From the human T2T-CHM13v2.0 reference genome, Homo sapiens: DNA of 64,000 nucleotides. The DNA lies in NCBI RefSeq assembly GCF_009914755.1, contig NC_060929.1, one strand, 5' to 3'. This document shows positions 1 through 64,000 of this stretch, piece after piece. The translations under genes and the position numbers were made by a program. Position 1 is the stretch's first letter; every line of letters begins with the position of its first letter. The notes under the pieces were generated by a model. It had not been told where the DNA came from and ran no database searches. It saw only the letters and a program-made list of their open reading frames with translations.

Positions 1-461
1 CTTAAGCGATCCTCCGGCCTCTGCCTCCCAAAGTGCTGAGATTACAGGAGTGTAGTCAGATAGTCAGCATTTTTTTTTTTGGAGGCGGAGTCTCACTCTG
101 TCGCCCAGGCTGGAGTGCAATGGTGCGAGCTTGAGCTCTGCTCACTGCACCTCCGCCTCTCAGGTTCAAGCAATTCTCCTGCCTCAACCTCCCAAGTAGC
201 TGGGATTACAGGCGCAGTCCACCATGCCTGGCCAATTTTTTGTGTTTTAGTAGAGACAGGGTTTCATGGTGTTGCCCAGGCTGGTCACACCCGACTAATT
301 TTTTGTATTTTATTAGAGATGGGGTTTCACCGTGTTGCCCAGCCTGGTCTCGAATGCCTGAGCTCAGGCAATCCACCTGCCTTGGCCTCCCAAAGTGCTA
401 GGATTACAGTTGTGAGCCACTGCACCTGGCCGTAGTCAGCCTTTTTGTATGTTTGTTTTAC

Positions 462-563
462 TATGGAACAGTTCATGAATTTGCCTATCATCCTTGTGCA
501 GGGGCCATGCTAATCTTCTCTGTATCATTTCAGTTTTAGTATATGTGCTGCCAAAGAGAGCAC
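462..563 (-). pseudogene. Processed U6 snRNA pseudogene (near full length)
   Basis: Reverse complement reads GTGCTCtCTTtGGCAGCACATATACTAAAAcTGaAAtGATACAGAGAAGATTAGCATGGCCCCTGCaCAAGGATGA..., matching U6 with CpG-type decay; degenerate A tail at about 442-460; imperfect TSD gtagtcagccttt / gtattcagcttt. Confidence 0.95.
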
Positions 564-900
564 ACAGGTATTCAGCTTTAAACAAGACTGTTTTGACACC
601 AATGTTCTTTTCTAATGGATTGGCATTGCCTTCTTTAAATGCATCAAGAGCTGTTTAGGGATTCTCAGCAAAGCCTATCATTGGCTCTGCTGGATCTCCT
701 CTTTCTGCTCCAGCCTCAGGAAGTGCTTCACTCCATGCGCTCTCCCTTGACACTAGGGTTTCCCTCCGCCAGAAAAGCTTCTACCCACCTCTGCATTTCA
801 CCCGGCTAACTCCTACACACTTTTCAGGTCTCAACTCTTCAGGTCTTCCTCTCATCAAGGCCTTCCTCCCAGATTTGGTTAAGTCCTCTGTTACAGATTT

Positions 901-2316
<1,416 letters not shown>

Positions 2317-3962
2317 TGATCCATCCGCCTTAGCCTCCCAAAGTGCTGGGATTACAGGCATAAGCCACGGCGCTCGGTTTACAATTTAATCACTGAAGTT
2401 ATATAATTGTATATGTGTGATTATTTGTTTAAATAATCACACCACCAGCAGACATTTCATAAGCTTCCTGAGGTTATGGCCCCTATATACTTTTTTCCCT
2501 CCTGAACCTATTTTCAGGGCCTGGCACAAAATAGGTACTTAATAAATATGATTTGTAACATGAAGGGGTCCTAGGAACATTTTTGTCCTCTGGGCGTTGA
2601 AGGGTTTTCTTTTTTTTTTTTTTTTTTTTTTTGAGGCACAGTCTCACTCTGTTGCCTCTGCCTGTCTGGTTCAAGCAATTCTCGTGCCTCAGCCTCCTAA
2701 ATAGCTGGGACTACAGGTGCCTGCCACCACGCCTGGCTAATTTTTTTTGTATTTTTAGTAGAGACAGGGTTTCACCATGTTGGTCAGGCTGGTCTCGAAC
2801 GCCTGACCTCTAGTGATCCACCCATCTCGGCTTCCCCAAGTGCTGGGATTAGAGGCATGAGCCACTGCAGCGGGCCAGAAGGGTTTCTTTAGAGTTCATT
2901 AATCTGCGGTGGAAGAGCCTGTTGTTCCAGTCTGGGTTTCCCTCTACAGTCTCTCTACTCACCTAGTCTTGAATTGTTTGGTTTAATAAACACTAATGTG
3001 GCCTGAGGCAATTCACAAGGCTCCTCAACTCCTCAAGATTACAGCTATTGTCCTAGATACGCTTTCTTTCCTGATATCCCTGGCATTTTGGTCAGCCTTT
3101 TAAAAATTTGAGGTAGAGCTAGCTCCCTGACTCACATTTGTCATCTCAGCACTTTGGAAGGCTGATGTGGGAGAATTGCTTGAGACTAGGAGTTGGAGAC
3201 CAGCCCGGACAACAAAGTGAGACCCTATCTCTGAAAAAAAATTTTTTTAATTAGCGAGGTGTGGTAGTGTGCATGTGAAGTCCCAGCTACTTGGGAGGCT
3301 AAGGCAGGAGGATTGCACGAGCCCAGGAGTTCAAAGATGCAGTAAGATATGATTGTGCCACTGCACTCCAGCCTGGGTGACAGAGCGAGACCCTCCCTGT
3401 CTCTTAAAAAAAAAAAAAAAGATTAACATTCTATACACTTTTATAAAACACTTAAAATGAAAAACTTAATCTAGCTACAGACTACAGGTTAAAGACTGGT
3501 TCCAACATTAGCCACTCAAAAGTTTCAGTTCCTGCATCTGTAAAATGGGGACTAATATCCCGAAGGAATGATATCATGAGAAAATAACATACAAAAAGGA
3601 ATAGATATAGGAAAAGCACCAGGCAAGTATTATAGTTTAACTGAATCGATTTGGCCTAGCCCACTGGGGGCCTTGACTCCCAAACTGCAGAACCTTTTGG
3701 GGGTTTTGAGCAGAACAGAAACATGGTCAGAATTGTGTTTTTAAATGTTTCCTCTGGCAGCAGTGTGCAGATTTTATTGGAATAAGTCAAGACTGAAAGC
3801 TGAGATAAGTAATGAGTCTGCTGCAATTACACAGGTGAGAGGAAACAAGGGCCTGTGTTGAGTCAGTGGGAACAGAGAAAGAGGGAATCCTATGAGAAAC
3901 TGTAAAGGTTGGAATCTGTAAGATTTCATGGCTGGGCGCAGTGGCTCACACCTGTAATCCTA

Positions 3963-4298
<336 letters not shown>

Positions 4299-4338
4299 TT
4301 AAGACCAGCCTGGCGAACATGGAGAAACCCTGTCTCTA

Positions 4339-4494
<156 letters not shown>

Positions 4495-4874
4495 CTATCT
4501 CAAAACAAACAAAAAGAAACAATTCATGATTGATTGCATGTGGCTAGCAAAAGCAAAGAGGTAGCAAAGTCCAAAGTTTTACCTGAATTAGTAAGTCTAC
4601 TTCTCTCTATCTCTAGTGCAAAGACCTTACTGCAGGCCACCATCAGCTCTGGCTCCAGTTACAGCAACAACTCCATTATTTCCCCTCCAATAACTTATCC
4701 TCACAGTGGTTGGCTAGATTTTTTTTTTTTTGAGATGGGGTCTTGCTCTGTTGCCCAGACTGGAGTGCAGTGGTACGATCATGGTTCACTGCAGCCTCAA
4801 CCTCTCAAGTGATCCTCCCACTTTAGCCCCCCAAGCAGCTGGGACCACAGGTATGCACCACCATGCCCAGCTAA

Positions 4875-5822
<948 letters not shown>

Positions 5823-6347
5823 TCAAAAAGAAAAAAAACCAAAAAACAAATAAATACTTTTTCCAGCTTGGGCAATATAGTGAGACTATGCCTGTACACA
5901 AAATTTTAAAAATTAGCTAGGTGTGGTGGCACATGCCTGTAGTCCTGGCCACTCGGGAGGGTATGGTAGGAGGACTGCTTGAACTTGGGAGGTTGAGGAT
6001 GCAGTGAGCTATGATCACACCATTGCACTCCAGTCTGGGCGACAGAGTGAGACTTCTGTTTCAAAAAAAAAAATTTTTTTTAAATGAATGAACGAAGGAG
6101 CTGGTGAAGTTATTCATGAGAAAGTGTCATGAGGAAAAGGTAGGTTTAGAGGGGAAGGTATACATCTTTAATACTGTGGTGTCAGGGTATCTGTAGATAA
6201 ATAGTTGGGTTTAGAAATGGAAAAAGACACTTTGGGAGGCCAAGGCGGGTGGATGGCCTGAGGTCAAGAGTTCGAGATCAGCCTGGCCAACATGGTGAAA
6301 CCCCATCTCTACTAAAAATACAAAAATTAGCTGGGGGCAGCCACTCA

Positions 6348-7111
<764 letters not shown>

Positions 7112-7860
7112 TCAAGTGAAAAAAAAAAAAGAACTTAGACCAACATAGTTTAGAAACAAGTGCTAGTGATGTGGTTTAGGCTATAAGTGCAATAGTAACT
7201 TATAGTAATGAATTAATGAGGGTCAAAAGAGTTAGAATAGGCCTTGGGCGGTGGTTCATGCCTGTAATCCCAGGACTTTGGGAGGCCGAGGCAGGCTGAT
7301 TGCTTGAGTCCAGGAGTTTGAGACCAGCCTGGGTAACATGGTGAAATCCCGTCTCTACAAAAAATACACAAATTAGTGGGTGTGGTGGTGTGCACCTGTA
7401 GTACCAGCTACTCAGGAGGCTGAGGTGGGAGGATAATTGAGCCCCGGAAGTTAAGGCTACAGTGAGCTATAATCACGCCATTGCACTCCAGTCTAGGTGA
7501 CAGAGTGAGACCCTGTTTCTAAAAAGGAAAAAAAAAGAAAACAAAATTAAAATTGTCAGAAGTCTGGAAGATAAAGACACTTTAAATTTATTCCTTCAAA
7601 AATGTTTACTGAATATTGTACCTGTTAAGTGTGAGGCCCCAAGCCAAGTGTTGAGAATACCCACACTTGTGTGAATAAGACACAGTCCTTGGTCTCTACT
7701 CACTGACGGTCTAACAGGGAAACAGACATGGTTACCTTGGAATTCACAGGCTATGTATAGACTTATGGTCCATTGAAAAAAGATAAACAGGCTGGGCACG
7801 GTGGCTCACACCTGTAATCCCAGCACTTTGGGAGGCCGAGGCAGGCGGATCACAAGGTCA

Positions 7861-8181
<321 letters not shown>

Positions 8182-9034
8182 TCACTTGAGGCCAGGAGTT
8201 TGGGAGCAGCCTGGGCAACATGGTGAGACCTCATCTCTATCAAATAAGATAATAAAAAAGACACAAATATATAACAATAATAAGTGTTATGAAGAAACAT
8301 AAGCAGAGTAAGAGGAACACAGAGTGAGCTGTGTCAGGTAGGATATTTAGAGAAGCCCTCTTCAATTAAAGTAATATTTGAACAAGGGCCTAAAGGAGTG
8401 AGTTTGAGTTCCCTAGATGTCTTGGGGAAGAGTATCCCAAGTAACAGAAATAAGTGTAATGGCAGGCTTGTGCTTGAATAGCTAGAGAAATAGCAAATGT
8501 GTCTGGAGTGGAGTGAGTGGGAAGGAGTGTGGAAGTCAAAGAGGTAGCAAGGCCAGGTCACGTGGGGCCGGGGTAGCACTCTGGATTTTACTTAGCTTGA
8601 GATGAGAAAAGTCATGCAGAAAAATTTTAACTTGATGGAGCAAGCAGAGGGAGTAATCACAGATCTGGGAGTATAGGAAAGTAAAAATGGAATCAGTGGT
8701 TAAGGAACTCAATTCAACATGTGGGATGGATTAGAGGCAATCCAGAAGGCGATTCATTCCCAACAGTTCAAGTGCAAGATGATGAAAAGTAACCAGAATG
8801 GGCAGGAAGAATGGTAAGAGCTACATAAAAATGAGAAGTTTTCAAAGAAAGCAATGGGATTTTCAGGCTTGGTGGGGATGAATGTACTTGTGATGTAGCT
8901 TCAGAGCTGCTGACTTCAGATACAAACAGCTGTCCTGTCAGAAGCAAATGAGGCCAAAGGAACTGTTCTTAAAATGGAACCAAAAGAGTTTCAGTAAACA
9001 AAACTGTTGTTCTTATAAACCTGTTTGTAACTGA

Positions 9035-9350
<316 letters not shown>

Positions 9351-9617
9351 TGAGCCATTGTGTCCGGCCGAACAGTATTTTTAATAATTAAAGAACCCAA
9401 AATAATTTACCCCTTCCTGAAAAGTAAAGCAAGTTGATCCTATTTATCACCTGAAAATGCAACAGTCATGAGCAGGCAGGCAAAGGAGCTCTGGTGTGAG
9501 CCTAAGTCCACTTCTGCATATCAGCAAATTTTATTAGAAATGCCTGTCTCCCAGTTTTGAGTCTAAATAATCAAATGTAATGGAATATTCTTAGTATAAT
9601 GTTTATATCCTTACTGA

Positions 9618-9890
<273 letters not shown>

Positions 9891-10144
9891 TGACCTTGTG
9901 ATCTGCTCGCCACGGCCTCCGAAAGCGCTGGGATTACAGGCGTGAGCCACTGCCCTGGGCCTACAATTTTCTTAACTAGGGTTGAAGGCTCTGAAAATAT
10001 GCAGAAAATCATATAATGGCCTTATGAAGGTTGTATATATGGCAGAAGGATTCTGTTTTTCTGGACAATAAAGATAAAAAAGTAGAATATATTACTGACA
10101 TCAGTTTAGAAAAATGTATAGTAGTGTAGTGTACATACAGGTAA

Positions 10145-10573
<429 letters not shown>

Positions 10574-11176
10574 TAATACTTAATATGAAAACTTTTAAAA
10601 TATGTTGTCCCATCTCAGTTACTTAAACTTACCTTCCTACTATCCCAAAGGTTAGGCAGATGACAAATGCTGTTTTTCTTCTGTCTCTCTCTCTCTATAT
10701 ATATGTATATATGTATTCTGAGACAGGGTCTTACTCTGTTGCCTAGGCTGGAGTCCAGTAGCACAATCAACCTCCCAGGCTCAAGCGATCCTCCCATCTT
10801 AGTCTTCTGAGCAGCTGGGACTACAGGCATACGTCACCATGCCCAGCTAATTTTTTGTATGTTTTTGTAGAGATGGAGTTTTGCCATATTCCTCAGGCTG
10901 TTCTCCAACTCCTGGGCTTAGGGGATCCACTTGCCTTGGCCTCCCAAAGTCCTGGGATTATAGGCGTGAGCCACCATGCCCAGCTCTCCTCAATACTGTA
11001 GTGCTGATTACACCGAGAGTGTAAAAACCATTTGAAATACTTAATCATTGCTTTGAGGACACGAACAGTAACATAGCAACTTAGGGGTGGAACAAATTTT
11101 AGAGAAAGCATTGTTTACTTATTAGAAAATTATTTATGTTGATTTAACCTGATTTAACCAACTAGACTACTTTTTA

Positions 11177-11680
<504 letters not shown>

Positions 11681-12085
11681 TCAAAGAAACCTTGATTTAA
11701 CCAAATCAAACCACTGTGCCAAGGTCAAAACAAATCAAGATCATTCAAAAGGAGCTGAATAAAAAGAGATAATTAAACTAATGCAGGTTTGAGATCAGGT
11801 ATTTGCCTCTTTGAAGAGTGACCCTGATTTTGTCTGACCTCAGAAAGGTTGTTTCTCTCTGAGCTCTATTTCCTCTTCAAAACATTGAGAGGCTTGTGTC
11901 TGTGCAATTTTAAAGTGTTTTTGGATCTATAACTTGGGATTTTGTTATAGTGGCTCCAAACTGTAAACAATTTGACCAAAAGTATCATCTTCATCTTAAG
12001 ATTTTAACTGGGCGTGGTGGCTCAAACCTGTAATCTCATTTTGGAAGGATGAGGCAGGAGGATCTCTTGCAAGACCTTCTCTTTA

Positions 12086-12668
<583 letters not shown>

Positions 12669-12940
12669 TGAGGCAAATGATGAAAACAGGGTTAGTATAA
12701 AATTTAGTATTTAGTTATTTGAATTTTTACTGACCTTTTTTAGGCCTGACACAGTGGTTTATTCTTTTTCTTTTCTTAGAGACAAGATCTCACTCTGTCA
12801 TGCAGGCTGGAGTGCAGTGGTGAGATCACAGCTCACTGTAGCCTCGAACTCCTGGGTTCAGGTGATCCTCCCACATCAGCCTCCTGAGTAGCTGGGACTA
12901 CAGGGATGTGCCACCACACTGGCCACTTTTTAAAAATTTA

Positions 12941-13400
<460 letters not shown>

Positions 13401-14551
13401 TTAGATCTGGCTTTTTTTTGTATGTAATATAACACTTCATAGCAGGCATTTGGTATTAAATGAATTAGGTAAGATGTACTTCACACTGAGGTTTCGAAAC
13501 CGCGTGGCATGACATTTTAATCCACAGTACAAATCTGTAAAGGAGGGCTTTATCGTCAGCACAGAGCAGGAAAAACCTAAATAGAATGAAGGCAGCTAAG
13601 ATGATTACTCAATCATTAATTAACTATGTTGTCCAATCACCGCAGTTTCGACCTCCCTTTGGCTTCAAAAGTCAAAAAAGTCAACTTGCAAAAAAAAAAA
13701 AAGTCTACTTGCTCTGAAAGGAAGTTTGAGTTCTTTACCTTACTGTAAACTCTTAGAAGAGGAAACAAAACTGCCATTTAAATGTGCTAATGAACTTGAG
13801 CGTGACTATGCTGTGAATCAGCGAGTTTCAAAATTAAAATTCCTCTGAGTCCTCCAGTCAAAGACAAAGGCCTCCTTCTTGGCTTGATCACACTATTAAC
13901 ATGTACACATATTTAACCACCTCTTTTTAAAACCCCTTATAATTTACATCTGAAACACGAAGACGAAATGTGAATGAAATACTGCGATGAACATTAACCG
14001 CCCCAGCTCCCAGTGGTGGTACGGTCTCAACAGAGGACGATGACTTCTATGGTCTCAGGTAATCTTCACAAAACCCGAGGAGAGGAACTGTCAGTCCCAC
14101 CCCACGAAAGCGGCTACTGAATCTCAGATTGCCCCACGATCCTGGCTCTGCGAGCGAGGTCACGTTCACAACGGCGGGAATTTCCGTAGCGGTGACACAC
14201 GGCACTTCCGGCCGGCCGTGAGAGTCGGTGACGTGGCGGCGAGGCCGGGCACGGTCGTCGGGGTCGGGGCACCAGGAGCTGTCAGGTGGCCTCGGGGCAG
14301 CCCGGCTGGCAGAGAAGAGTTCGCCGGCGCGGCGGCGGCTGCTGCGAGCCCGGAGCCGGAAGTGCCACGTGTCCTGATTGCGGCTGCGCGGCCGGCGGCT
14401 GACAGGCACTTCCGGCCAGGGCCTCCCTCCTTCTCTCTAGGTTTGGCTGCCGCCTTCTAGCCGGGCGTTCGCGGCCCCGCCGGCCCGACTCTCAAGCCTC
14501 AGCTCCCAGGCTAGGCTGTGGCCGCCGGTGGCCTGGGGAGAGTGCGGCGCC

Positions 14552-14610
14552 ATGCCTCGGGCTTAATGCGCCCCCCCCTCTTCTCCCAGTCTTCAGTCTT
14601 AAGTCGTTAG
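14552..14610 (+). other. Two upstream ORFs: MPRA* (14552-14566) and MRPPLFSQSSVLSR* (14566-14610), overlapping at TAATG
   Basis: Read directly: gccATG CCT CGG GCT TAA / ATG CGC...CGT TAG; they lie in the 5'UTR only if the TSS is upstream of 14552. Confidence 0.6.
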
Positions 14611-14699
14611 CCTCCTCCCTCCGCTTTCAGCAGTGGTCTTTCAGCTCTCTTCTTGTGCGCTGTTGTCGACCCCGACCAGCCCCTTCCAACCCAGTCATC

Positions 14700-63688
<48,989 letters not shown>

Positions 63689-64000
63689 GTAGGAATATTT
63701 TTTTTTTGCGTAGGACTAAATAATATTTTTGGTTTCAGTAAATGTACATGTTTTTATCTGGTCTTATAAGATTGCCCTTCTGAGATACTTTGCCTACTCT
63801 GGAATATGCAATTAAGAGGAGAGAAGAAACACTGTAACCAAAAAAAGGGGGCCTATTGAGAATATACTCAAAAGCACTGACTTATATATTTTTAAATAGA
63901 GAATTTTATGGTGTGTGAATTATCTCAGTTTTTTAAAAAAGACCTTATCTCCGGCTGGGCACAGTGGCTCATGCCTGTAATTCCAGCACTTTGGGAGGCC

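Noticed and set aside
462-563. Functional U6 gene
   Set aside because: About a dozen substitutions (many CpG transitions), a retroposition tail and TSD, and no evident upstream Pol III promoter.
14420-14446. Acceptor-like ctccttctctctag|gt in the leader
   Set aside because: No convincing upstream donor or exon; more simply a pyrimidine-rich initiator region.

Overview
Primate (almost certainly human) genomic DNA, extremely Alu-dense. It holds the CpG-island promoter and the first 15 coding exons of SEC24A (COPII cargo adaptor, + strand; ATG at 14700; the gene runs off the right end). The exons were assembled by hand from GT-AG boundaries into one open frame of 2266 nt (about 755 aa): a Pro/Ser/Gln-rich N-terminus, the CxxC..CxxC zinc finger and the trunk (vWA-like) domain. 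Also present are an alternative terminal exon in intron 12 giving a 613-aa truncated isoform, retroposed U6 and U7 snRNA pseudogenes on the - strand, two ERV1-class LTR remnants, a MER2 DNA transposon, L1/L2/MIR fragments and microsatellites. Nearly all ORFs in the supplied track are Alu artefacts. I found no convincing new biological system. The best leads are regulatory: an overlapping stop-start uORF pair plus UPR/NF-kB/ETS motifs at the promoter, an intronic poly(A) signal overlapping the exon 13 acceptor, an antisense U7 copy in intron 2, inverted Alus around exons 10-11, and several micro-rearrangement scars inside Alus. Gene and repeat names come from recognition, not from a database search.
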